Assembly: GCA_963693055.1 (NCBI GenBank)
Contig: OY843751.1
Location: forward strand, 2,720,001 to 2,784,000
Direction of reading: 5' to 3'
Source of the DNA: a bacterium
GTDB taxonomy: Bacteria; Zhuqueibacterota; Zhuqueibacteria; Residuimicrobiales; Krinioviventaceae
DNA: 64,000 nt
Part shown: positions 30,678 through 40,538 of the stretch, piece after piece
How positions within the stretch are numbered: the stretch's first letter is position 1
Layout of the letters: each line of letters starts with the position of its first letter
Made by a program: the position numbers and the translations under genes
The notes under the pieces: model-generated
What the model saw: only the letters and a program-made list of their open reading frames with translations
What the model was told of the DNA's origin: nothing
Databases searched by the model: none

Positions 30678-33600
30678 ATTTTTTTAAATTAATTGTTAAC
30701 AATTTCAAATATTTTCTCCATTCCCAGCATATTCCAATGGCACTTGGAACAATGATTACTTCAGGGGTTCTTATTGGTGCGCTTATTGTTGGCGATTCTG
30801 TCAAAGAAAGCCTGGTTAATATAACATATAATCGGTTAGGTAATGTAACCCATGCAATTGATAGCGGTGACCGTTATTTTCGCTATAAACTTGCTGACGA
30901 AATAGAAAATGAACTTGAAATTCCTATTTCTCCTGTATTGAAATTGAATGGTTTTGCTATCAAAGACGGGGGAGAGCATCGAGTAAATCAGGCACAGATA
31001 TTGGGCATCGATAAACGTTTCTGGAACCTTGCCCCAGATTATCCAAATTTTTCTGAACCCGCTCAAAATGAAGCTTTGATCAATGAAAAACTTGCAAATC
31101 AACTTGATCTCAAAGTTGACGATGAATTTCTGCTCAGGGTCAAGAGTATTGATTATTTTCCGGTAGACGCTCCTTTTGCACTAGATATCCAGCACACGGC
31201 ATCAATTCGAGTTAAAATAACGGGTATTGTTGCAGACAATCAACTTGGTCGCTTTAACCTGCAGGCAAACCAGACTTCTCCCTTTAACATCTTTGTGAAT
31301 TATAATCAACTTGCTACACTTGTTGATATCCCTGGTAAATGTAACACGCTGTTATTCAATCTCAATCTTCACAACTCTATATCTTATAGTGACTTGAGCG
31401 GATCACTTAAATTCAATTTTAAATTTGGCGACGCTTCTCTTGATTTGTCAAAAGATAGCAAGTTAGGAGATGTAATGCTGAAATCCGATCGAATATTTTT
31501 AGAACCCGTTATTGGTGATTTGCTGGATCAATCGGAATTGAATAATGAAAAATATTTCACCTATTTTGTAAATACTTTAAAAACTTCAACACGTAGCACA
31601 CCTTATTCGTTTGTATCCTCTCTGGATCCAGATGCGTCACCCAAAATTAAAAACGATGAAATTGTTATCAGTTCCTGGTTGGCCAGAGATTTAAATGCAA
31701 GTAAAGGTGATTCCCTGACTTTGGATTATTTCATTGTTGGAACGAATCGTGATCTGATTTTAAAATCATCAGTATTTAAAATCAATTCAATTATTACTAT
31801 GCCGCAAGCTGAAAAATTCCTTCAGCTCTTGCCAGATTTTCCCGGTTTAAGTGAGTCAGATAATTGCCGAGACTGGGACCCGGGTATCCCAATTGATCTG
31901 GATAAAATCAGAGACAAGGATGAAGAATACTGGGACGAGTATCATGGCACTCCTAAAGCTTTCATCAATCTTGAAAAAGCTCAGCAATTGTGGGGTAACC
32001 GATTTGGAAACATGACTGCGGTTAAATTCACTAATGAAAAATACACATTATCTCTCATTGAAAACAAAATCTTGGACAAATCCACGCCTTCTTTATTTGG
32101 TATTAATATAAAACCGGTTCTAGAGGAAGGCTTGGCAGCAAGCAAGAACGGCGTTGACTTTGGAGAGCTCTTTTTAAGTCTGAGTTTCTTTATAATTGCC
32201 GCATCTTTGATACTGACTGGTCTATTATATGTATTTAGCCTTGAGCAACGCAAGGGGGAAACTGGATTATACCTGGCACTGGGTTATAGACCTGTTCAAA
32301 TTAAATTATTGTTCTTTTTTGAATTTTTTATTACCGCTGTCATTGGTGTCTTACTGGGTTCTGTTGTGGGCATTCTTTATGACTTTTTTATCTTAAAAGC
32401 CCTGGGCTCCATTTGGATAGGTGCCGTTGGTACTTCTGATTTGCAATTATTTCTCAAGCCGATTACCATTCTGAAAGGAATCGGAATCAGTTTGTTTCTC
32501 GTTGTTATTTCTATATTTATCGAATTAAAAAGACAATCCATTATTCCCGCTACACGTTTACAGCGTCGGGGACAATCATATAAAATCACCAAATTAAATC
32601 CAAAAATTATACTTTATATCTCTGCTATATTACTGTTTGGGGTTATTGTAATTTTATTTTTATCTGATCCCGGCCGCGGTAAACAGGCATATGGTGCTTT
32701 TTTCGGTGGTGGAAGCCTGTTGTTGGTTTTGGGGCACCTTGTATTTTACTATTTCATCATTCAAAAAGGGAAATCGCCCAATAGTCATGTAAAATCTATA
32801 TACAAACTGGCATTTAGCAATACCGGACGAACACGCAGTAAAAGTATTGCTATTACAGCGATTTTAGCCATTGGTGTTTTTCTGGTTATTACCGTGGGAG
32901 CAAATCGTCATGGTACGTTGGTTCATTCGGATTTGCGTTCTTCGGGTACTGGTGGATTTGAATATTGGTTTACAACCACTTCACCAGTTTTACAGGATTT
33001 GAACAGTCCGGATGGTAAGGATTATATAGGCATCGATACCAGGAACGACTCTGTATTGTTTTTAACTATGCGCCATAATATTATAGATGATGCCAGCTGT
33101 TTAAACCTCAATATGGTTAAAAATCCGAGTATTATTGGTATTAATGCCAATGTATTAGATTCTTTGCAAGCCTTTACATTTATCAAGACGTTAAACAACC
33201 AGGATAAAGATAATCCCTGGTTAATATTGAACAAAAATTATGGCAACAATATCATTCCTGCAATAGCAGACGAAACCGTACTCGTATGGGGACTCGGGAA
33301 GGCAGTTGGAGATACCCTGTATTATACCAGTGAAAACGGACAGGAATTAAAGGTTTTAATCGTTGGGAGTTTAGCTGGTTCTGTATTTCAGGGAAATATT
33401 TTGATCTCTGAAGATAATTTTGTTGACAATTACCCTTCCATTGGCGGTTATCGTATATTTTTGGCAAATATACCAACATCTTTGAAAAAACAATTCGAAT
33501 TAAATGTACCTCGCTTACTAATGGACCATGGAATTGAATGGATGCCGGCTTATGAACGGTTAGCCCAGTTCCATACCATTGAAAATACCTATTTATCTAT

Positions 33601-33967
33601 ATTTCTTATCCTGGGTGCATTGGGGCTATTGCTGGGAAGCATAGGATTAGGTATCGTCATTTTAAGAAATATACTGGAAAGACGCTCTGAACTCGCATTA
33701 TTTACTGCGCTTGGGTTTACCCTGAGCAAGATAAAAAAGCTCGTGATCATAGAGCATGTAATTTTGTTAATTTCCGGGTTAATAATAGGAACACTCTCTG
33801 CATTATTTGCCATGATGCCCGTTTTCTTTACTCCTGGTTCAGAGGTGCCTTATCTAACTGTCCTTTTAATTGTTCTAGCCTTACCGTCACTGGGTACGTT
33901 ATGGATATATCTTTTTACTTACCGTGAACTCCTTAAACCATTATTGCCTGCATTAAAAAATGATTAA
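30674..33967 (+). CDS. ABC permease with duplicated MacB-periplasmic/FtsX halves
   Basis: Two FtsX-like TM blocks (EQRKGETGLYLALGY; ERRSELALFTALGF), each preceded by a large periplasmic domain. Confidence 0.88.
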   Translation: MNFFKLIVNNFKYFLHSQHIPMALGTMITSGVLIGALIVGDSVKESLVNITYNRLGNVTHAIDSGDRYFRYKLADEIENELEIPISPVLKLNGFAIKDGGEHRVNQAQILGIDKRFWNLAPDYPNFSEPAQNEALINEKLANQLDLKVDDEFLLRVKSIDYFPVDAPFALDIQHTASIRVKITGIVADNQLGRFNLQANQTSPFNIFVNYNQLATLVDIPGKCNTLLFNLNLHNSISYSDLSGSLKFNFKFGDASLDLSKDSKLGDVMLKSDRIFLEPVIGDLLDQSELNNEKYFTYFVNTLKTSTRSTPYSFVSSLDPDASPKIKNDEIVISSWLARDLNASKGDSLTLDYFIVGTNRDLILKSSVFKINSIITMPQAEKFLQLLPDFPGLSESDNCRDWDPGIPIDLDKIRDKDEEYWDEYHGTPKAFINLEKAQQLWGNRFGNMTAVKFTNEKYTLSLIENKILDKSTPSLFGINIKPVLEEGLAASKNGVDFGELFLSLSFFIIAASLILTGLLYVFSLEQRKGETGLYLALGYRPVQIKLLFFFEFFITAVIGVLLGSVVGILYDFFILKALGSIWIGAVGTSDLQLFLKPITILKGIGISLFLVVISIFIELKRQSIIPATRLQRRGQSYKITKLNPKIILYISAILLFGVIVILFLSDPGRGKQAYGAFFGGGSLLLVLGHLVFYYFIIQKGKSPNSHVKSIYKLAFSNTGRTRSKSIAITAILAIGVFLVITVGANRHGTLVHSDLRSSGTGGFEYWFTTTSPVLQDLNSPDGKDYIGIDTRNDSVLFLTMRHNIIDDASCLNLNMVKNPSIIGINANVLDSLQAFTFIKTLNNQDKDNPWLILNKNYGNNIIPAIADETVLVWGLGKAVGDTLYYTSENGQELKVLIVGSLAGSVFQGNILISEDNFVDNYPSIGGYRIFLANIPTSLKKQFELNVPRLLMDHGIEWMPAYERLAQFHTIENTYLSIFLILGALGLLLGSIGLGIVILRNILERRSELALFTALGFTLSKIKKLVIIEHVILLISGLIIGTLSALFAMMPVFFTPGSEVPYLTVLLIVLALPSLGTLWIYLFTYRELLKPLLPALKND

Positions 33968-34043
33968 TATCTCTATCATTTCACTGGTTTCTGTTTATAG
34001 TATTTAGTAAATTATCACGCTAAATTTTATTGAACAGGATTAT

Positions 34044-35522
34044 ATGAGTACACAGCAGGAACCGCAATCTAAATCACAAACTCTTTTATCCAAAAAGGGA
34101 TTTATCAAAGATACTCTGAAACTAGGTTCGGGTACCGCATTAGGGCAGGTTGTATTGATTCTGTCCATGCCGGTATTGTCCCGGATTTATACTCCGGAAC
34201 ATTTTGGAATCACATCCCTGTTTCTGGCATTTGTATTAATACTTTCACGTGTTTCCGGTTTGAGATATGAAATAGCGATCATGTTACCCAAACAGCAAAC
34301 CCACGCACGGGTTTTATTTGTTCTTGTAACGCTAATAACTGTGATATTTAGTGTTATTACCGGACTTTTATTATGGGTATTACGGCATACTATTGCAGAT
34401 GTTTTAAAATCACCCCAACTTTCTGAATATATGTGGCTAACGGGCCCTGCTATTCTGATTTATGGTCTGGTTAACGCATTGAATTATTGGAATACTCGTC
34501 AAAAGCGCTATAAAACACTGGCAGCAGGACGGATGAGTAACAATACGGCTTCTACAGCTTTTCAATTGACAGGTGGATTTACCGGATTTGCATCTTCCGG
34601 TACATTAATTACCGGTCTGGTTATAGGGAAAATTATTGAATTGTTTTTGATTTCCTTAAAATCCATTCCTTATTTGTTCACCTCGTTACCTTCCAGACTT
34701 TATAAAAAAATAGTGGTTCTTGCCAAGCGGTATAAAAAATTTCCACAGTTTAATATATGGTCGATTTTAGTAAATAACATTTCATGGTATGTTCCATCCT
34801 TTATGCTGGCTATCTTTTTTTCTCCCAAAATCGTGGGTTGGTATGCAATAGGGGAACGGACTATACGCGCTCCCATGAATTTTATTGGATTGGCAATTTC
34901 TCAGGTCTTTTTTCAACGTGGCTCTGAAGCCAACCGATTGAATAATCTTGACAAACTTTTTCGTGACACCGTTGGAATGCTTTCTCGAATTGGTTTATTG
35001 CCAACCATTATCATCACTTTGTTGGGAAAAGATTTATTTATATTGTTGTTGGGTTCTGAATGGGCAGAGGCTGGTGTATATGTTCAATTACTTGGCTTAT
35101 GGGCATTTATCTGGTTTATCACGTCTCCGGTTTCTCCAATTATCAGTATTATAGAAAAACAGGAGATGGGCTTGTTGTTCAATTCAATAATCCTCATTTC
35201 ACGTTTGGTTGCGCTGGTTATTGGTGGTGTTTTGAAAAGTCCTATTATTGCCATTGCTCTATTGGGTGTGGGCGGTATTCTTTCGTATTGTGCCTTGTTG
35301 TTCTGGATTGGTAAAAGTGTAAATGTATCTATACCCGAAACTTTGGGACTTTTGTTTAAAAATAATATACTCTGGAGCCTTTTTACAACAATTTTTGTTT
35401 TATTGTTCAAATATTTTCATTTGTCAATTTATTTGATTATCTTTTTTACAGTTATTGTTTTGGCTATATATTATTTTATACTCTTGCAAAAAAACAAAAA
35501 AATATTCTACGCGAAATCATAA
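34044..35522 (+). CDS. Oligosaccharide/O-antigen flippase (Wzx, MOP family)
   Basis: Polytopic; LSRIYTPEHFG, LRYEIAIMLP, YKKFP, AISQVFFQ, LGSEWAEAG. Confidence 0.9.
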   Translation: MSTQQEPQSKSQTLLSKKGFIKDTLKLGSGTALGQVVLILSMPVLSRIYTPEHFGITSLFLAFVLILSRVSGLRYEIAIMLPKQQTHARVLFVLVTLITVIFSVITGLLLWVLRHTIADVLKSPQLSEYMWLTGPAILIYGLVNALNYWNTRQKRYKTLAAGRMSNNTASTAFQLTGGFTGFASSGTLITGLVIGKIIELFLISLKSIPYLFTSLPSRLYKKIVVLAKRYKKFPQFNIWSILVNNISWYVPSFMLAIFFSPKIVGWYAIGERTIRAPMNFIGLAISQVFFQRGSEANRLNNLDKLFRDTVGMLSRIGLLPTIIITLLGKDLFILLLGSEWAEAGVYVQLLGLWAFIWFITSPVSPIISIIEKQEMGLLFNSIILISRLVALVIGGVLKSPIIAIALLGVGGILSYCALLFWIGKSVNVSIPETLGLLFKNNILWSLFTTIFVLLFKYFHLSIYLIIFFTVIVLAIYYFILLQKNKKIFYAKS

Positions 35523-35526
35523 TTTT

Positions 35527-36486
35527 ATGACCAAAAAAACTTTATCTTTTAAAATTATTCGTGCTTTTTGGATCTTGTCCGAGATCTGTTTAATGCCAGT
35601 TGAAAAGCTGATAATGCTTTTCAATAAATCAATTATTAAAAAGCCCCCTTATTATCCAATTTTTATTGTGGGTGCACCCAGATCCGGCACAACTTTGCTA
35701 TCTCAGGTATTTATTCAATATTTCAATGTCGCATATTTTAACAATATTACAGCCAATTTTCCCAAAGCGCCCGTAGCAGCTACATGGTTATTTAATCGAA
35801 TGTATGCCAATGTTCCTTTATCTGAGTATACATCAAATTTTGGTAAAACAACCGGCAAGTATGGTGCGCATGAAGCTGCCGAGTTTTGGTACAGATGGTT
35901 CCCACGTGGTGAAAAAATATATACTTCTGCCGGTGATTTATCCAAAATACAAAAGAGCGAATTGGCCGTAACAATTCAATCCATGTCTGTAATAGCCAAT
36001 AGACCTTTTGCTTTTAAAAATACATACAATGCAATGCGTTTGGGAGCTTTAATCAAAGCTATGCCAAATGCTATCATTCTGGTTTGTCACAGAGATCCTG
36101 TTGATAATGCGCAATCTATTTTAAATGCAAGAATTAAAAATTTTCAATCCAAAGATGCATGGTGGTCTGTGCCTCCAAAAGAAATTGATCAAATACGAAA
36201 TCTGAACTACAACCAACAGGTTGTCGATCAGGTTTATTATATTGAAGAGCAAATTAAACGTGATGACAATAACAGGTTTATTCATATTGATTATCAGGAA
36301 TTATGCAAGGAACCGAAAAAGACACTGGACTCTATAGCAAAACAAGCTCAAGCCAAAGGTTTGAATTTATCAATCCGTAATCCAAAACTGCCTGAATCTT
36401 TCAAGTTATCAACCGGATGCAAGGTCGATCCCGATGATTATGAACAAATCCAGGCACGAGTTAAAGAGTTGTGGAGTGAAAAGTGA
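35527..36486 (+). CDS. PAPS-dependent sulfotransferase
   Basis: 5'-PSB IFIVGAPRSGTT and 3'-PB HRDPVDNAQS; start at ATG 35527. Confidence 0.88.
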   Translation: MTKKTLSFKIIRAFWILSEICLMPVEKLIMLFNKSIIKKPPYYPIFIVGAPRSGTTLLSQVFIQYFNVAYFNNITANFPKAPVAATWLFNRMYANVPLSEYTSNFGKTTGKYGAHEAAEFWYRWFPRGEKIYTSAGDLSKIQKSELAVTIQSMSVIANRPFAFKNTYNAMRLGALIKAMPNAIILVCHRDPVDNAQSILNARIKNFQSKDAWWSVPPKEIDQIRNLNYNQQVVDQVYYIEEQIKRDDNNRFIHIDYQELCKEPKKTLDSIAKQAQAKGLNLSIRNPKLPESFKLSTGCKVDPDDYEQIQARVKELWSEK

Positions 36487-37394
36487 TTATTGAAAAACCG
36501 GGAACCATTTTTATGCAGCCCTGGTGGCTGGATGCTGTAGCCCCCGGGCAATGGTCTGAGGTTAGTATTTCCAACAATGATGAGATTATTGCACGAATGC
36601 CCTATTGTATTGTAAAAAAAATGGGATTAAAATTCATTACAATGCCAGCTTTGACTCAGCATTTGGGCCCCTGGATTCAAAAGAGTGAATCTGAAAAAAG
36701 CTATACCCAACTCTCATCAGAATATCAACTTGCCAATGAATTGATTAGTCAATTGCCCCAATTTCATTATTTTACCCAACGATTTTCAACACATTTTACT
36801 AACTGGCTTCCTTTTTACTGGCAGGGTTTTCAGCAAACTACCTACTATTCGTATTCTCTTGATGATATTACGGATCCACAGATTGTATGGAAAAACTTGC
36901 ACGAGACTGCCAGAAGGCAGGTGCGTAAAGCTGAAAAACAACTCGAGGTGCAGGATTGCGATGTTGAATCCTTTTACAATATCAACACAATGACATTTAC
37001 CCGTCAGGGATTAAAAAATCCACACTCTTTTCAAAAGATTGAAAATTTGTACAATGCATGTACAAACAGAGATGCCTGTAAAATATTCAAAGCAATAGAC
37101 GAGTCAAACCGCATCCATGCAGTGTTATTTCTGGTTTGGGATGATGAAAGGGCTTATTATTTAATGGGCGGAGCTGACCCGGAATTGCGTAAAAGCGGCG
37201 CTTCAAGTTTACTCATGTGGCACGCTATTCAATTTGCATCGACAAAAGTAAGCATTTTTGATTTTGAAGGATCCATGATTTCCGGTATTGAAAAATTTTT
37301 TAGAACATTTGGAGCTACACCCAAACCTTATTTCAAAATTACCAAAGTTAATCATCCTTTACTCCGAATTGCAAAAAATTTGATTGCGAAATAA
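36483..37394 (+). CDS. GNAT/FemAB-like acyltransferase
   Basis: IFMQPWWLDAV, AYYLMGG.DP..R.SGA, FDFEGSMI..IEKFFR.FGA. Confidence 0.82.
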   Translation: MIIEKPGTIFMQPWWLDAVAPGQWSEVSISNNDEIIARMPYCIVKKMGLKFITMPALTQHLGPWIQKSESEKSYTQLSSEYQLANELISQLPQFHYFTQRFSTHFTNWLPFYWQGFQQTTYYSYSLDDITDPQIVWKNLHETARRQVRKAEKQLEVQDCDVESFYNINTMTFTRQGLKNPHSFQKIENLYNACTNRDACKIFKAIDESNRIHAVLFLVWDDERAYYLMGGADPELRKSGASSLLMWHAIQFASTKVSIFDFEGSMISGIEKFFRTFGATPKPYFKITKVNHPLLRIAKNLIAK

Positions 37395-37407
37395 CAAGAG
37401 AGAATTC

Positions 37408-38817
37408 ATGAGTCAGTCTATCACTTTTGTTTATGAAAATTCACAGTTTGATGCTGAAATTAAATATGCAGCACAACTCTTATTTGAACTCTTTGATGTA
37501 AATCTTGAATTTATATCTCTTGACCGTTTGGCACCTGAACAAACAATATCCGTTTTCTATGGAAACGAATCTAATTACGCATCGATTTCACCGGCATTAT
37601 TTATACAAGAATCCAGTTTTTTTACAAAACATTATCTCAACAAAACCATTCCGGAAATTAAGCAGAATGGTGATCCCAACAGTTTGGTGCTTTTTTCTCC
37701 GGATGATTTGGTAATGAATAAAAAAAGTAATACCATTTTTATTAATCAGGATATTATTGCATCCACATTTTTCTGGGCCAGTCGTTATGAAGAATTATGT
37801 GTATCAACCAAAGACTCGCATAACCGATTTACAGCCAATCAGTCTATTGCTCTACAAAATAATGTGTTATCAGTACCCATTGTTGATAATTATACTGATA
37901 TGATCAAAACCTGGTTACAGTTATCCGGTATCAAGCTGTTTCCAAAATCCCGATACGAAGATTATGATTTTATTATTTGTCCCACACATGACATAGATAC
38001 ACTGACCAAAGGTAGATACGAAGCAATATACCATGAGCTCAAGCACTTTAAATCAAATCCCGCACGGTCAATGAGGAACTTGATATATCTGACTGCAACG
38101 CTTTTCAATCGAGACATCTATTGGAATTTTAAACAGATTCTTGATATCGAGAGAAAGCACAATGCCACCTCAACATTTTATTTTTTACCTAAAACAGAGT
38201 ACAAAGTTGATGCGGATTACGATTTGAAAAATAAAGCCTTTCAGCATGTGTTTAAATCAATACTTGAAGGGAATAGCGAGATCGGCTTGCATGCAAGTTA
38301 TAATTCGTTATATGAAAAGAATGCGATACTTGATCAAAAGCAAGAATTGGAAAAGTCTGCGCAAATTAAATTGAAAAGTATTCGTCACCACTTTTTGCGT
38401 TTTGATGTTGAATCCGTTTGGGACGTACACGTTAAAAGTGGCTTTGAAATTGACACATCATTAGGTTTCGCAGAGTATCCTGGATTTAGAGCAGGACTGG
38501 CAAGACCGTTTCACCCCTTTAATTTCAACACCCGTTCCAGGTATAATATACTGGAAATTCCATTAATTATCATGGATGGTACATTCAGCCATTACTTGAA
38601 AGAATCTCCGGAAACTGCCTGGGATCACGTTCTACCTATACTTGAACAGGTCAAGAAACATAGAGGTATTGCATCCGTATTGTGGCATAATACATTATTT
38701 ACCAAATATAAATATCCGGGCTTTAAAGAGTTATTTGAACAGATATTAACCTGGGTAAATGAAAATAACGGCAAGTGTATGTCAATCAAAGAAGCCGAGC
38801 AAATCTGGAATACTTGA
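37408..38817 (+). CDS. Polysaccharide deacetylase-family protein
   Basis: SRYEE N-domain; THDID, EIGLHASY, RHHFLRF, DTSLGF..GFRAG, PLIIMD, LWHN. Confidence 0.82.
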   Translation: MSQSITFVYENSQFDAEIKYAAQLLFELFDVNLEFISLDRLAPEQTISVFYGNESNYASISPALFIQESSFFTKHYLNKTIPEIKQNGDPNSLVLFSPDDLVMNKKSNTIFINQDIIASTFFWASRYEELCVSTKDSHNRFTANQSIALQNNVLSVPIVDNYTDMIKTWLQLSGIKLFPKSRYEDYDFIICPTHDIDTLTKGRYEAIYHELKHFKSNPARSMRNLIYLTATLFNRDIYWNFKQILDIERKHNATSTFYFLPKTEYKVDADYDLKNKAFQHVFKSILEGNSEIGLHASYNSLYEKNAILDQKQELEKSAQIKLKSIRHHFLRFDVESVWDVHVKSGFEIDTSLGFAEYPGFRAGLARPFHPFNFNTRSRYNILEIPLIIMDGTFSHYLKESPETAWDHVLPILEQVKKHRGIASVLWHNTLFTKYKYPGFKELFEQILTWVNENNGKCMSIKEAEQIWNT

Positions 38818-38924
38818 TTTAAAATTCAAACCTGCAATTTCTACTTGCTTTTTAATCCATAACTCCTATATTAGTAAACATTTCATGGGAAGTATCTAAA
38901 CTATTCATTTAAAATTTCTTTATT

Positions 38925-40463
38925 ATGCTCTCACAAATACTGGGTAGTGCTGTACTAGGCATTAATGCCTATATTGTTAAAGTGGAAGTGAATTTAGAGC
39001 GGGGTCAACCCAAGTTTTTCATGGCAGGTTTGCCAGATGGTGCAGTGCGTGAAGCGCATTATCGCGTTTTTGCGGCTGTTAAAAATTCCGGGTATCGATT
39101 TCCTGTAAATATAATCACCGTTAACCTTGCTCCGGCTGATATAAAAAAGGAGGGGTCCGCTTTTGATCTCCCCATTGCTATTGGCATATTATCCGCAGCC
39201 GGTATAATTAACGATGATAAATTAAAGGATTATGTGATACTGGGTGAACTCAGCTTGGATGGTACATTGCGCCCCATTAAAGGAACACTTTCTATTGCAA
39301 CAGAGGTGGTGCGAAACAAGATTAAGGGGATTATAATACCTGAGGCCAATGCAAAAGAAGCTGCTATGGCGAGGGATTTGGATGTAATTCCCGTTAGATC
39401 CCTGAACGACACTATAAATTTTCTGAATGGCGATGAAGAAATAAAACCTTTTCGTGTAAACATGGAACAGATTTTTACCCAACAACGCAATTATATTCAT
39501 GATTTTCTGGATGTAAAAGGGCAGGAACATGTAAAACGGGCCCTTGAAGTTGCGGCTGCTGGGGGACATAATATCATTATGATTGGACCTCCCGGTTCTG
39601 GTAAAACCATGTTATCAAAGCGCATACCAACAATACTGCCGGATATGACTTTGGGTGAATCCCTTGCAACTACAAAAATATATTCTGTTGCCGGCTTGTT
39701 ACCTGATAACAAAGCTTTGGTAGCTACGCGTCCATTTCGCTCACCGCATCATACCATTAGTGATGCCGGGCTAATTGGTGGTGGCAATATCCCCAGACCC
39801 GGTGAGGTGAGTCTTGCACATCACGGTGTTTTGTTTCTGGACGAGTTACCTGAATTCAAGAAAAATGTGCTTGAAGTGATGCGTCAACCCCTGGAAGATG
39901 GCAAAGTTACCATTTCACGAGCGGCTTTATCATTAACTTATCCTGCAGAGTTTATGCTTGCTGCGGCCATGAATCCCTGTCCTTGTGGATACTATACGGA
40001 TCCAAACAAAGATTGTACCTGTACCATACCTCAAATTCAAAGATATCTTTCACGAATATCGGGACCGTTATTGGACAGAATAGATATCCATATTGAAGTT
40101 CCAGCAGTCAAATACAAAGAGTTGAGCAGCAGGGAATCTGGTGAATCTTCAACACAAATAAGAAATCGTGTACTTCGGGCAAGGAAAATTCAGCTTGAAC
40201 GTTTTAAAGAACAGAAACATCTGTTTTGTAATGCAAGGATGAACTCGAGAGAAATTCGCAAGTATTGCGAGTTGGATGTACAGGGCAATAGCTTGTTGAA
40301 AATGGCAATCACCAAACTTGGATTGTCTGCCCGAGCCTATGACAGAATCCTCAAAGTATCTCGAACCATTGCAGATTTGGAAGGTTCGCGTATGATCAAA
40401 CCCGAATTTGTCAGTGAAGCTATTCAATACCGGAGTCTGGACAGGATAGGGGTGTTCAAATAG
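38925..40463 (+). CDS. comM: YifB/ComM Mg-chelatase-like AAA+ ATPase
   Basis: [64 protein letters not shown]. Confidence 0.95.
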   Translation: MLSQILGSAVLGINAYIVKVEVNLERGQPKFFMAGLPDGAVREAHYRVFAAVKNSGYRFPVNIITVNLAPADIKKEGSAFDLPIAIGILSAAGIINDDKLKDYVILGELSLDGTLRPIKGTLSIATEVVRNKIKGIIIPEANAKEAAMARDLDVIPVRSLNDTINFLNGDEEIKPFRVNMEQIFTQQRNYIHDFLDVKGQEHVKRALEVAAAGGHNIIMIGPPGSGKTMLSKRIPTILPDMTLGESLATTKIYSVAGLLPDNKALVATRPFRSPHHTISDAGLIGGGNIPRPGEVSLAHHGVLFLDELPEFKKNVLEVMRQPLEDGKVTISRAALSLTYPAEFMLAAAMNPCPCGYYTDPNKDCTCTIPQIQRYLSRISGPLLDRIDIHIEVPAVKYKELSSRESGESSTQIRNRVLRARKIQLERFKEQKHLFCNARMNSREIRKYCELDVQGNSLLKMAITKLGLSARAYDRILKVSRTIADLEGSRMIKPEFVSEAIQYRSLDRIGVFK

Positions 40464-40538
40464 CTTATTTTCTTAAAAATGGTACAATACTTGTAATGAA
40501 TTTAAGTTAATTATTAATTCATCAAGATAATAAATACT

